A DNA stretch of 61,625 nt, filler included. It is 14 parts of 14 records of this genome, joined end to end, with 100 filler letters (N's around TTAATTAATTAA, not from the genome) between each part and the next. Parts side by side here need not be neighbours in the genome. Positions count along the whole stretch, not along the records: positions 29,106 to 33,677 come from SRR15195285_7740; positions 33,778 to 37,340 come from SRR15195285_7743; positions 37,441 to 40,778 come from SRR15195285_7744; positions 40,879 to 46,536 come from SRR15195285_7745; 10 more parts are not named here. One strand, written 5' to 3'. A program made the position numbers and the translations under genes. This document shows, piece after piece, positions 31,917-44,400 of this stretch. The first letter of the stretch is position 1; each line of letters begins with the position of its first letter. Below the pieces are notes generated by a model, which worked only from the letters and a program-made list of their open reading frames with translations, did no database searches and was not told where the DNA came from.

Positions 31917-33677
31917 CAGGGGTGCTTTCCACGTAACCCTCCCACCAGTCCACGTCGGACGTGTCGGTCAGTACTACGACGTCGCCAACAGAGATGGAAA
32001 TGCAAGTCTCGTCCTCAGCATCATAGCCGTAGGTCACCATTGCACGTTGAGTAGCCGCAGCTTGCGTCTTGCCGCCGTCGTTCGATGATGCTTCAGACAG
32101 GTCTGCCGAGTTGTCTACACGTAGCCATGTGTTGGACAAATGTTCGACGCTGACGCGACATGATGCCGCTGATCTCACAGCGGCATCAGTGCAAGGCGGC
32201 TGCGCAATCTGCTCTGCAGTAAATTCAGCCCCGTCAATCAGTTCTACGAAGGTTTTTGGGAAGTAGCCAAAGTTAACTTCGTCCGACACTCCTTCAATTT
32301 GCCCTTCCCACCAATCGCCGTCAGTGGTGTTGGTCACTTGTACGACATCACCGACGGCAATGCTAATTTCTCCCTCTCCTTTGGCCTTGTAATCTTGCAT
32401 AACCTTCACCTTAGCAGAACGGCGTGGTGTTGTCGCTTCGCGCTTGCCTCCGCGCTCTGGGGTACGACTGCGTGTAGATGGAGACGCCTCTTCTGCCGTG
32501 TGGCCTTCATCCTCTAATCTCGTGGCAGCATTCTTGCAAGGTGCTTCTTTGAGGATAGTGCCCGCAGGAACACCTTCCTCTACGTTGCTGGCAGCATGAC
32601 TTCCAGAAGCGCAGTCGGCACCCGCAGCAATGGAGCCCGAAGACGTCGCAACTTCGTTCGCTTTGACTGTAGCCTTGATTTCCTGTACCAAAGCGTGCAC
32701 ATCCAGCCCTTGTTCGGTCAACGTGCTAGCAATTCTTTCCAGCTCTTCAGCCGACTCTCCTCCATCTTCGGTACTGTTCTCACGGACCAGCTGCGCATAC
32801 AGCAAGCGGAACCGAGCCTCTGGGCCAAGTGTCAAAAACTCTGCGTTCGGCTTCGGCTCTGGCACAGGTGCTGGCACAGCCTCCGGCACAGCCTCCGGCT
32901 CGGGCTCGAGCACAGGCTCTGCGCACTGCGTGGAGGTTTCCTGTTGCAGCACACCTTGCCACTTGAATGCCACTTCACCCTCGTTGCATGCCGCTGTACC
33001 ACGCAGCGATTTTGATGCTTCGTCCCAATGCAGCTGCATGGGAAACGCGCCGTTCTTGTTCACAGCCATCATGTTGACGTTACCGTTGAGAGTCCGTTCT
33101 CCGTATAGAGTAAAGCGCCCATGCTTGTTGCGCCCATACCCACACACGATGCTTTCTGGACGTGCCAGGGCTGACTCGCTGGTTCCGCTCTGCTGGGACC
33201 TGCTTTCTGACTGGTCTACGACAATCAGTTCGTCTGGCATGCCATACCACCCAATCTGTTCGGGAAAATCGACTACACAACCGTTGGAGTGAATGTGTCG
33301 AACAGTGCCAACAGCGTGCTCGGCAGCACCCCAACCAAACTGAGGGACACTGATTGCATCACCGACCTTCACCTGGGCGCCCAGTTCAATTTTTCTTATC
33401 AGCCCACCGATTACAGATAGACCGCCAATTTTCGTGTTTCCCGACGCTAAGATAGCAACCCGCAGCGCAACGACTGGCTTTGAGCTTGGTGCGGCACTAA
33501 ATAGCTCGATCGTTTCAAACTGCCGTAGAGGCACTTCAATCGAAACACGCTCAGTCCAGGATGTCTGGCCAACGATTTTGGTTTGGACTTCAACCCGGCG
33601 CGGATCATAGCCACGGCCATAACCCCCTGTCTGCAATTTGACGCTGACAATTGCAGTGTCGGTTGGTGCTTGCAGCT
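31834..33677 (-). CDS. Protein with Mib-HERC2/KEG-like repeat and two SH3 domains, 5'-partial
   Basis: PQFGWG...VGTVR...VVDFPEQIGWYG; VMQDYKAKGEGEISIAVGDVV...DWWEG...GYFPKTFVE; YGYDAEDETCISISVGD...DWWEG...GWFPASFV. Confidence 0.85.
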
Positions 33678-34080
33678 NNNNNNNNNNNNNNNNNNNNNNN
33701 NNNNNNNNNNNNNNNNNNNNNTTAATTAATTAANNNNNNNNNNNNNNNNNNNNNNNNNNNNNNNNNNNNNNNNNNNNTCATCTCAGAAACACGGAATTTC
33801 CGTACATACTAGTAACCCATGGGCGCCCCTACTAGTAGGACTGATTCTGACCGCGGAGTTCAAGAATGAACTCAGCACTCCCTCGTGACTCGGCTGACTG
33901 CGTGCGCAGCGCGCCGGCCGGCGCAAGAACTGGGCTGGGTAGTGAGTGTACCACGAGTATCGTATCGTAGCATGCAGAGAGCAGATTGCACGGATGGCGC
34001 CGGGATGCACGCACTGAGTGTGAGTCTCTCCCTCTGGACGTTGTCCGTCCGACTCCGTGCTGCTACACACCGGGGCGAGA

Positions 34081-34845
34081 ATGGGGTGGGAGTGGCGTTG
34101 TTTTGTACCCTTGCCCACGGCGGTCGAGCTGTCGGATGCGACGACTGCTGGCGGGACTGTTGAGACGCGGACTGACCACTACCTGCTCGTTGCATCTACT
34201 GCACTCGGGATAAAACTGCGAGGAGGTTGCGGACTGGAGGTGAAGACGCTCAAGCAGGAGAAGCAGCGAGGCGCTCAGAAATGGAAAAAGGAGCAGGTTG
34301 GCGAGCAGGATGACCCAGATGAAGGCGCGCTGGCGCAGGCGGATTCGTACTTTGCCTCAGGAACGGCCGAAGCCCATTTGCAAGGTGGAGCAGCGACTGC
34401 AAACCCAGCCCGAGCACACCGTACCTCTGGCTGCTATTGGGTGTCTGTGCAGAAGCAGCGGCAGCAAGGTTGGCTGGGGTTAAGCGGAGTCTGCGCTGAG
34501 CAGACAACAATCGCGTTGCAGCTGCACCAATCGTTTAGATCCGGTGGAGATCCAGTGGGCGAGCCACTCCACTACCGCACATTCGCGTTCGAGCGTGCGG
34601 CACCGACAGACCTGTATGGCGCTGCTGAACGATGGCTTGGGGTGCGAGGCGACATCGACAAATCTGCATGGCAAGATGCAGTACGCGACAAGCTTGGAAC
34701 AGGCGCGGTGATTGGAGGGTATCCCGAGATGATCTACACTGCGTTTGGTCACATATTACAGCAAACCGAAGACCGGGAGATCGCAAGTACAGAGAAGGGA
34801 GCAGCAGCCGAAGCCACGGCCGGTGGCTCTGGTGGAAAAGAATGA
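34081..34845 (+). CDS. CYTH-like domain protein
   Basis: N-terminal WEWRCF, RTDHYL, LGIKLRGG.GLEVK and a C-terminal GYP resemble bacterial CYTH-like proteins. Confidence 0.55.
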   Translation: MGWEWRCFVPLPTAVELSDATTAGGTVETRTDHYLLVASTALGIKLRGGCGLEVKTLKQEKQRGAQKWKKEQVGEQDDPDEGALAQADSYFASGTAEAHLQGGAATANPARAHRTSGCYWVSVQKQRQQGWLGLSGVCAEQTTIALQLHQSFRSGGDPVGEPLHYRTFAFERAAPTDLYGAAERWLGVRGDIDKSAWQDAVRDKLGTGAVIGGYPEMIYTAFGHILQQTEDREIASTEKGAAAEATAGGSGGKE

Positions 34846-35251
34846 AGCTGCGCCACCGCACCACACTCACCCTGACTCACCTTGGCCAATCTACCGGTCG
34901 GGGTGTTTAACACAGGTGTCACGGCCACCGGTAATGTGGGGGCCAATGTTGCAACCGAATGAAGGATTTCGTAGCCAGCAACGGCGAGAAACTGACCATG
35001 GACTGGGCTAGGCTAGAATACACGAGGATTGTCGGTGTGAGTCCGGTCTTTTTGGCGTACTACAATATACTCTCAAACACTTGCCTGCACAAGGGCCTAG
35101 CTCAACCTGGCAAGAGCTACCACCATAATCTATAGTAGAATAGTACAACAGGCCTAGAACGGCTGTATAAACCTGATGAGGATTTAGTGTAAATCAGGTA
35201 CGGCGCCAACTGCCTGATCACAGGGTTACACACCCTGTGATCACCGCGCCC

Positions 35252-37260
35252 TTACATTGATTGCGGCGTCAGCACGACAAATATAGAGTCGTGCCCTGGG
35301 ACCGCGTCAAACATGACCTTCCCGCCCTTCGGAATTGGCGCAGCATCAGTCCTGTCCCAAATATTACGTACCCCCACGGCCGTGCTAGTCTGGTTCAACT
35401 TCAACCCCACGTCTTGCAGTGTGAACGAGTGGCTAAGCTCCGCCTGCCCCAGGTTCACAAAGAGCAACGCAACCGAGCCATCCCGCAGCCGCTTGGCCCA
35501 TAGTTGTCCCTCCCCATCAAACTCCAGAGTCTCCCCTGCTGGCGCCTTGGCCGAGCAGCATGGCGCAATCGAAAAGCAGGCCATATGGCAGGGCGGTGTG
35601 TTTGGCGGGCAGACGGTTCCAGCACATGGATTTTTGCGCCAATAGCCCGGGGGCGCATGCGCCACCTTAATCTGGGAGAGCCAACCAGACTGCACCTGAC
35701 CCCCCGCAGCCCCCGCATGCCAATTGGAGTCCATGAAGAAGAGCGACCCGGAATCCTTGAAGTAGACCGTCTTCGCCACCACAGCTGCTGCTGCTGCTAC
35801 TATACTCGAGTTGTCACCGTCGCCACGATAGCTGAAGGCTACGCAGACGGGGTTGGCGGAACACCAGTCTTGCGCGTCTGCGATGGTAACGTTCGCCACC
35901 CGTAGCAGATTGCAGACCGGTGTGACGCCTGGCAGCTGATCCACATCGTGTGGGCAGCCCAGATCGGGGTGGAGGTGCCCCGAGTGGAATCCCCAGCCTG
36001 AGACCTGCCCAAGCTGCCCTTTTCGCAGCACATACTCCCCTTCCTGCGCGTCTGCCCCTTCCGTCCGACCACTGCTGGGTGGCCTCACGGTGGCCACCAG
36101 ACGGCCAGGTGTCCCTGCCCATTGGCGGTTGACAGCAAGCGCCTCATCATTCGCGATGATGGGCCAGAGCAGCTGAACTAGCGTGTCGTTGGTGACATTG
36201 AACGAGAGGATGAGCGGGCTGGAGGTGATGCAGTGCATGCCAAAATGGCTGCGATCTTCCACCAGTGGCAGTGGTAGCCAGCCGCCTGGGTTGGGTGTGT
36301 ACCCGCTCCAGCTCAGCACGCCCAGCATCCCTGTCTGTAAAGCATCTGGGTAGGCCCAGGCACCAGGTCGCGAGCGGGGAGGCGCGTCACCCAGGAGCTC
36401 ATCCCCGAGGAATGGCACCAGCGAATTGACGTTGTTGAGCACGTGAGCCCAAGTCGGTTGGATGTCGTCAGACGTGCGATAGCTAGTGTAAGGGCAGTCA
36501 CTGATGGCCGTGGTACCAGAACAGTGCTGCCCCGGCACCTTGTTTTCCCCCGGCGTCATTCCACCCTGGTGGCAGTTCTCGATCGCTATAGCCACGCCTG
36601 TGGCGTTAAGCTCCTCCGCCCACAGCGTCATATTGTTGAATTGTCCGCAAGAATCAAGCTTCAGCGACTTGAAGCCAAGCCTCGCCACCGCATCTGCCGA
36701 GCGGCGCACGATCATCGCAATCTGAGCTGGGTCGGTGAATTGGTTCTCCGAACATAAGCAGTTGTTCATATCTGCGCACCACACACGAGAAGTGGGTCAG
36801 CCGGCGGGCTCGAGCTGGGCGACGGCACAGGGTCCGGTTCGCACAGCTTACACCAGCCGGGCTCGATACCCAATGACGCGCCCAGAGCATTCATGGCGCT
36901 GACGTTAGGGAACGTCTTCGGGTCGATGAGCGGATTGCCGGCCGAGTCGTGGAAGGAGCCGTTCACGCCCGCGCGACAGTCCTGCCATGCATCATCGACA
37001 TTGGCCTGCACGTAGCCCAGCTGGACCAGCGACTTATACGGCCCGGCGGTTGCGCCGATACCCACCCGCCTACCGAGCTGGTCGCGCGGCTGCGCCAGCG
37101 CGCGCATGCTGGCCTCGACCAACTCCTGCGTCGGGTAGAAAGAGTACGTGTTCCAGGCGCTCCATCCAGCCACGGGAAGCAGGGCGCGGCCGTTGTCCAG
37201 CGACGAGGCCCAGCGGGGGCCTGCGAGCGCGAGAGCTCCCGCCACTAACAGCCGGCCCAT
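35252..37260 (-). CDS. Alpha-galactosidase (GH27), one intron
   Basis: Signal peptide then LDNGRALLPVAGWSAWN and NVDDAWQ; intron 36772-36851 gives GW|YMNNC; LKLDSC, RTSDDI, WAYPDAL and SSPLILS; C-terminal VRNIW beta domain. Confidence 0.92.
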
Positions 37261-37440
37261 ACCTCTCTAGTCGTCTCTAGAGCTGTTGCACGCGCGCGGC
37301 ATTATTGTGCAGCGTGCGCCAAACGAGTCGATCAGACTGCNNNNNNNNNNNNNNNNNNNNNNNNNNNNNNNNNNNNNNNNNNNNTTAATTAATTAANNNN
37401 NNNNNNNNNNNNNNNNNNNNNNNNNNNNNNNNNNNNNNNN

Positions 37441-37523
37441 CAGGGCATACGGCCGTATGCCCTGTGTGTGTATTACGCAAGAGGCGTTACGGTATTACGC
37501 AAGAGGCGTTGCAGTATTACGCA
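37441..37523. repeat. Palindrome variant CAGGGCATACGGCCGTATGCCCTG followed by a 22-bp-period tandem repeat
   Basis: Perfect 24-bp palindrome at 37441-37464, then GTATTACGCAAGAGGCGTT in about 2.5 copies. Confidence 0.85.
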
Positions 37524-38106
37524 TGGACCAACACCAGCACCGACGAGCGCGAGCCGCCGTTCAAGGTCGGCGACAAAAATAGTCACTCGGCCGAGTGACC
37601 ATTTTGTTACCGTACTACCAGGTAGTATGCAACAAACAGTTCCGAGTTCCCGACCCGCAGCGGTACTAGTACAAAACACTGGACTGCCCTGATTAGTGTC
37701 CTACCAAAGGGACATTGGCCAGAATAGCTCCTCGCTTGCTCGCTTTTGTTACCTTTCCTCTGTCGTTTAATCGGTACTCTTCGGCGCTTGATTGTACAAA
37801 GATATGCGGGAAAGCTCGAGCGGGCAGCCCTTGCTTCCGACTGTCCGAACTCGTACTCAACAACGAGCATTTTATCGTAATATGATTTGCTCAGTCATAA
37901 ACTAGTACGAGTTCTTAGCCAGTCATGCGGAGCGACGACCGCGCGCCCGCCACCGCGGCGATACCGGTATCTTATTCGAATACATGCAGTCCTACTATCA
38001 TAGTACAGCTGTACGCGTTGCGTACTAGGCGGCGCGCCGGCGCGTTGTACAGCGGGGCGCATACGGACGCTCGGGAGAGATCGCTTACGCAGAGGTCAGC
38101 ACGACG

Positions 38107-39207
38107 ATGCGTGCTGCTGCGCTTGCAGTCTCGGCGCTCGTCGCCTGCGCGAATGCTCAGAGCGCTTGGGAGGCCCCGAACTCAAAGCACTGGAAGTACG
38201 CCACGGACATCCGAGATGCGTCCACGTACGTCCGAATCCCCATGCAGTTCCTGACGATTCGTATACGATACCCCCAGTTGTTGCGCAGGTCTCTGCGGAG
38301 TATAGCCGCTGCAGTTCATCCCGCAGTCACTCCACAATCACAGTGCGAGCGCCCCTGCCTACCGCGCGTGCCCACTCAACTAACGCCATTTGCCCTGCGA
38401 ACGCCTCCCAGGCTCGACAAGATGATCGACGAGGCGGTTCAGAGCGACAAGACGTTGTTCGTTCGGTTTATTGCGTCGGATGGCTGAGGCTGATGAGTCA
38501 AGCAGTCCCCGGGATGGAATGAGGTGGTGCAGAAGTTTGGAGAAAACCCCGATGTGTTTTTTGGAGACATCAACCTGAGCAAGGGCGGCCCAGGACAGTC
38601 ATCGTATGGAAATCACCAGCCAGGCGCAGGTGGGTGGCCCTCCGTAAAGTATTTCAACAAAAAGACCGGCACGAGTGGTAGTCACTACGCCTCGGATGAC
38701 AAGAAAACAGAGCAGCCGATGTGTGATGAACTTGGTCCAAACTGTGCGGGAGATGGCTGCAAGGGGCAGAGCGGGTTGCTGCAAACCTACATCGAGGAGA
38801 AGGGAGACACCACGCTCTGCTCGGCGAAGCCACCGTTCAAAGGTTGTTCGAAAGAAGATAAGGAGAAGCTCAAGGGCGTGTTGAGCAAGTAAGCAGGCCA
38901 CGTAGGCTCCTTGCCCAAGGACGCCTGGCATCGCAGTTGCTGTGCGCCATTGCACGCTGGGAGACAGCTCTCAACGACAGTACTGGTCGCCTCGCTATGC
39001 AGGTATACAAAAAAGAAAGTGTCGTCTATGGACGCGAAACTGGACAAGCTCTACGGTGCGGAGAAAAGCAAGAACTACCATCGTTTCCCAGAAGAGGATA
39101 GAATTTGGATCCGCCAACAAATCGAAATTATCGAGATGGTCCGTGAGGCCAAGATCGAGAAGGAAAAGGCGGAGACAGAGGGGGGCGAGAAGAAGGACGA
39201 CCTGTAG
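38107..39207 (+). CDS. ER thioredoxin/PDI-like selenoprotein with three in-frame UGA codons (GUGUU motif)
   Basis: Signal peptide MRAAALAVSALVACANA; intron 38226-38411; LFVRFIASDG-TGA-G-TGA-TGA-VKQSPGWNEV at the thioredoxin active-site position; GDINL, GGWPSVKYF and MCDELG; intron 38889-39002; ends KDDL*. Confidence 0.88.
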
Positions 39208-39424
39208 AACAAGTTCCACAATAATCAAGTGGGCATGCGAGTAAGTGGCGAGAGGGCGCGGTGGGCGCTGAGTAGTACTACAGTGGATGTTCTGCCTGGA
39301 TGATCACGTCCAGTCGGAACATAGTGACGACCACACGAGCTTACACTAACGAGGACGCGCAACGGTCGCTTGCTGGTTCGTTGCGGACACGACCAGCTGA
39401 GACGTTCCTGCTTTGTCTGCAATT

Positions 39425-39500
39425 ATCTCTGAGGAATGACGCACAGCTCTCTCAGCGTGAGGTACCACGCCGAGAGTTGTACTGAGAAATCGATTCGGGC
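39425..39500 (+). promoter_or_regulatory. Candidate SECIS element (type II-like)
   Basis: ATGA-C (39436) / T-GA-G (39483) core; helix GCACAGCTCTC/GAGAGTTGTAC; mini-stem GCGTG/CACGC. It lies about 230 nt after the stop. The apical AAA is absent. Confidence 0.6.
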
Positions 39501-39776
39501 GTGCACCTTGCCACCACCTAGTATCCATCCATCCATCCCGGGCAGGTGGGAAGCAAGGTGCACACAGCAGAGCCTATGGTGGAAAAGGCCCGATCAGCAC
39601 TCAAATGGAGTGTTGTGTCGGGAATTTTGCTGCCATAGGTCTGCTGCCGAGTCGCCAGAGACGATGTAGACAGAGAAGGCAGGCGACCATTGTGGGTGTG
39701 ACGCGAAAAGTGGTGTGTTGCAACTGCTGCTAGAGTATGAATGCATTAAACGAGTTGATACTCTCCGGTGAATTGT

Positions 39777-40631
39777 TCACAACTCTTCCCTTGCTTTCTT
39801 CTTTGTTTCCTGCTTCTTTTTGACATTCTTCTGCGGCCACAACTTCTCAAGTGAATGAAAATGTTTCTCGACTTTCAACGGGACACCCATGGCTACTGTC
39901 ACCCTTTGTGCGTCCGACAAGTCCTCTGGACGCGGCTCATGCTCAGTGTACTGTTTGTCCGCTGCCATCATGAGCGGTGTCATCCCCTCGTGGTCAGCAG
40001 CATTGGGGTCGGCGCCGGAATCGAGAAGCAGTCCAACAAGGCTGTCACTGCCTGTGCATCAACCAGAGCCGGCGTCAAACAGCAAGGGTTAAAAGTGATG
40101 GTGTACGCACTGTACTTGTGCTTTGTGGGTGCGTTGCCGGTCGGGCGCAACTCGCACCGCGAGGGTGCACAGCATAGTGCAGTGCAGTTCTGCCTTTGCG
40201 ATCTGAAGCAGATAGGTCTGCACCGTGCTTGATTAGTGTCCGCGCAACTGCAGCCGCCTTGTCCTCCAGCCGACCCGCGGCCTCGCTCCCGACAACTGCC
40301 ATGAGAGCAGTGCAGCCTGCGACAGCTGCAGTCTCATTGGTGTCGTGCCCGATCCAATCTGCAAGAGCATCCACCGCCTGCAGTGCCACGCAACCAGCCA
40401 GAGGAGGGCAGAGTCAGCGTCTTGAAGTGAAACACAAATCCTTACTAGGGGATACTAGTACAGTTGAGAAACTGAAGACTAGCGAGACTTCTGACTGAAG
40501 ACGGCATTGCTGCACACCGGATAGTTGACGTCCATCTTCGGTCCAGCAGTATGGTTGACAAGAAACCCAATGGCCTGCACAGGGTTGCCCTGCAGTCTGG
40601 TTGACCGGGCTGCTAGGTGCAGCGTGGCTAC
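39777..40631 (-). CDS. Ankyrin-repeat protein, multi-exon, 5'-partial
   Basis: TLHLAA, GCTALMA, LIKHGADLSASDRKGRTALHYA and LLLDSGADPNAADHEGMTPLMMA across GT-AG introns. Ends REEL*. Confidence 0.8.
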
Positions 40632-41003
40632 AGCGTGGCGGTGGCGCCGGCAGAAGTGGTCAGCGTCCAGAGAGAATAATCTACGGGCGTAAGCCCGAGG
40701 ACCAAGAGAACAGGAAGGCTTCGTGGTGTGTGCCCACAGTCGGCACATTGTGTGTGCGTGCGTGCGTGCGTGCGTGCGNNNNNNNNNNNNNNNNNNNNNN
40801 NNNNNNNNNNNNNNNNNNNNNNTTAATTAATTAANNNNNNNNNNNNNNNNNNNNNNNNNNNNNNNNNNNNNNNNNNNNCAACGGAGTGAACGGTATTTCT
40901 CAGTGAGTTCTCCATACAATATATATATATGATTTTATATAATAGACCAAGCGATTCCAACCCAGCCACGTCAAGGGCCCCTCCATACAATTGACTGGGG
41001 AGA

Positions 41004-41057
41004 GCCGTTACTGGGCCGTTACTGGACCGTTACTACTGGGACGTTACTGGGCCGTTA
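41004..41057 (+). repeat. 11-bp tandem repeat (CCGTTACTGGr) x about 4.5
   Basis: Visible directly; bracketed by a 7-bp inverted pair CTGGGGA (40995) / TCCCCAG (41058). Confidence 0.75.
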
Positions 41058-41423
41058 TCCCCAGCAGCCCCGGCAGGTCCGTCTCCACAGACCTTAGGAG
41101 CGTCGAGGAGGGCCCAGACTGCTCACGTACGCCATACAGACAAGCTCACGTTGGGCGGGATCCTGCGCTGCGCCTGCGGGCGGGTCATATCCACTCGCGT
41201 GTGGTGGGCTGTATTGATACAGTAGTCGTGAGCAGCAGGCGGCTGTGCTGGAGGACACGTACACAGTGCTGGTGTTCACTAGCGTGGCGATACCACAGAC
41301 GAAGACGAAGAGAGAGAGACACGCAGACGGGTGGCGATTCGCTCTCCTCCGTCGCAGATTTTTCGAGTCGATTGACGGAAGGGTGAGATGGTGAGGGAGT
41401 GGCATCCTTGATCTGGCTTGCAC

Positions 41424-44400
41424 ATGTCGGGAGAGGACGGGGACGGGGCCAGTCGGCTCGAGGAGTTGCCGGAAGAGGAGCAGCCGGACACTGGCGAGGT
41501 GGCGGCAGAGAAGGCGACAGCAGAGGAGGAGGAGGAGCAGGGTGTGGGATGGGAGATCGATGGGAATGCGCTCGGCTGCCTCGCGGCGGAGAGTGGGTTT
41601 CGGCGGCAGTGCTACGCCCTGTTCCGCAACAACGTGTTCCAGGGGGTCGTGTTGGTGCTGATTGTGGCCAACACGGTGCTGCTTGCGCTGCAAGGGCCAC
41701 GGCACTCCCTCGGCGCGGGCTTCGACGACTTCGTGGCGTGGTTCGACATCGCCATCACGGGTGTATTCACCGTAGAATTGTGCGCTGGGATCTGCGCATT
41801 GGGGTTCGTCAAGGGTGAAAATGCGTATCTGCGCAACATGTGGAATGTGCTGGATTTCGTCGTAGTCATGGGCATCTACGTGTCGGCGCTCGCGATGCTG
41901 CTTTTTGGAGCGGATCTGGAGGCTGGGGCCGTGCGAGCGTTCCGCGCGCTGCGGCCGCTGCGCTCGCTGCGCTTGTTCAAGGGCCTGCAGGGCATTCTCG
42001 ATGCCTTATGGTTGACGCTGCCGTACGTGTCAACCGTCGTGGGGATGCTGTCCTTTTTCCTAATCATCTTCAGCACGATGGGTGTTGCACTTTTCGGTGG
42101 GACACTGTCACGCGCGTGCAGGCAGAGCACCGAGCTGTTCAGCACGCAGCCGTACCTGGCAGCAGCAGCGGGTAACATCAGCATGGTACCCACGGGCTGC
42201 CCGCCCACGATGGCCTGCGCGGCGATGGCCACCGACCCCCAGAACACATCGAAGATGGTCGCTTGGTCAGTTGACGGAGACGACATGTGCGCAGCAATTC
42301 CGTACGACCTGGACCCCACCCACTTAGACCGGACTTTCGAGACCAAGTATATAAGCTACGACAACGTGCTCTACTCGTTTCTGACGCTCATGGTAGTAAC
42401 CACGATGGACGAGTGGCCGCTAATCGCCCACCGAATGTGGCAGTCGGACGGCAACGTCGGATACGGCGCCTGGTGGTTCGTTGTCGTCGTGGTTCTGTTG
42501 GTGTCGCTACTCACGGTGAATCTATTCACTGCAGTCGTGAGCTATGGGTTCGGCAAGATGAGGAAAGAGCTGCACAAGAGCGCTTTTACCGGAGAGGAGG
42601 TATTCGGCAAAGGTCCTGTTGAAGAGCGGATCGGTCCAGGTGACGACAAAGAAACGTTTATGTCAGAGCGTCCGTTCCCTTTCGTTCCCGCGATCTCACC
42701 GGGTGCCTACGACCTGGTGCACTCGAATGCTTTTGAATATGCAATTCTGGGAGCGATCGTGGGCAACGCGATATGCATGGCATCAGAGTACCACGGCATG
42801 CCGCAGGGGCACAAGGATGCGCTGTTCTTCCTTGAGGTGGGCTTTTTGGTCATCTTTACGATCGAGATGCTGCTCAAATGGACAGGAATGGGCATGAACG
42901 CGTACTTTGCGGACAGGTTCAACTGCTTTGACTGCAGTCTGGTTGTGGTCGGGATAATGGGGTTCGTCGCAGACTTAGCCCTTGGAGGCTCCTCAAGCGG
43001 ACGGGTGGTGCGGATTCTGTTCCGGATGTTCCGTGTGGCCAGGCTGCTTCGCTTGGCGGGCAAGGAAAGCACTGTGGGCATTCTCCTGAAGACGATCTTT
43101 TCCAGCTGGTCAGCGATTGCGAATCTGCTCGTGTTCACTTCGTTCACATTGGTTGTCTTCGCCATCATCGGTATGCATACATTCGGCTACACCTGCCATG
43201 GTGGCGAGCTGTCGGATGCAGAGACGCCACGCACTAGCTTCGCTTCATTTTCCGACGCGATACTGGCGTGCTTTCAAGTCATGTCAGGGGAAGACTGGGC
43301 GCCTATTATGTACTACTACATGCACTGCTCCAGCCCAGTCGGCGCCTCGATATTTTTCATTAGCTTGACGGTGTCCACCGGGTTTGTACTTGTGTCCATG
43401 TTTGTCGCCGTCATCTTGGAGAACTTTGCATTAGCAGAAGAACAGAAAGCACGAGCGCAAGCTGAGAACCTCAAGTCAAAAGTAACCAAGAAAGTAGAAG
43501 ACGATAGCATGGAGGAGTTGCCACAGTGGCGGTGGAACTGTCGCGCTATTTCAGAGAGGAAGTGGTTCGAACGCATTGTATTGCTTATCATCATGGCAAG
43601 CAGTGTCGTCATGGCGCTCGAGTACCCAACCCAGCAGCAACTAACAACCGACCAGCAGGAGTGGCAGGCTACACTCGAGAACATTGGACTGTGCTTCTTC
43701 GCTGGGTTCTGCCTTGAAGCTGCCATAAAGTTGGCTGGTTACGGAATTGTGAAGTACTGGAGAGACCCGTGGAACCGTCTCGACTTTTTGGTAGTACTGA
43801 TGGGAGCAATTGACCTAGTGGTCTACGCTGTTAGCGGATCAAAGAGCAATGTTACGAACATCCTGCGCATGTTCAGAGTGCTGCGACCGCTGAGGCTTAT
43901 AAAACGCAATGAGGGCATGGTTGTGATCGTCAACGCACTGATCGGTTGCATCCCGATGGTCATCGGCGTCGTCGGCCTAGTAGCGTTGCTCTACATCGTG
44001 TTCGCCATCATTGGCATGCATATGTACATGGGCATGATGTTTGGTTGTGCTGGGCAGTCGGATACGAACGCAACTGGCGATCTCTCAATGGACTCATTGA
44101 GCAATTCAAGTGGTGACTTCGATATGAGCTCATTGAATGAAGTAGACTGTCTTCAGCGTGGTGGTGCTTGGGAGCACGTCGCATACTTCTCGTTCGATGA
44201 CATATTTAAGAGCTTTAAGACTCTGTTCATTGTTTCAACCACGGAGGGATGGGTTACTGTCATGGAGGCCGCCATGGACACCCCATCTGTGATGGGTGAT
44301 GCCCCGTCCAAGAACAACTCACAGCTAGGAGCCGCCATCTATTGCTGCACGTTCATTATCTTCGGGGCGTTCTTCTCAGCCAACCTGTTTGTTGGAATAC

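Noticed and set aside
37470-37523. Possible CRISPR or iteron array
   Set aside because: Simple 22-bp tandem with no unique spacers.
38485-38496. Pseudogene or alternative genetic code (UGA=Trp) as the explanation for the stops
   Set aside because: All three stops are UGA, clustered at the redox site, and the rest of the gene is intact. Other genes here end in TGA and use TGG for Trp.
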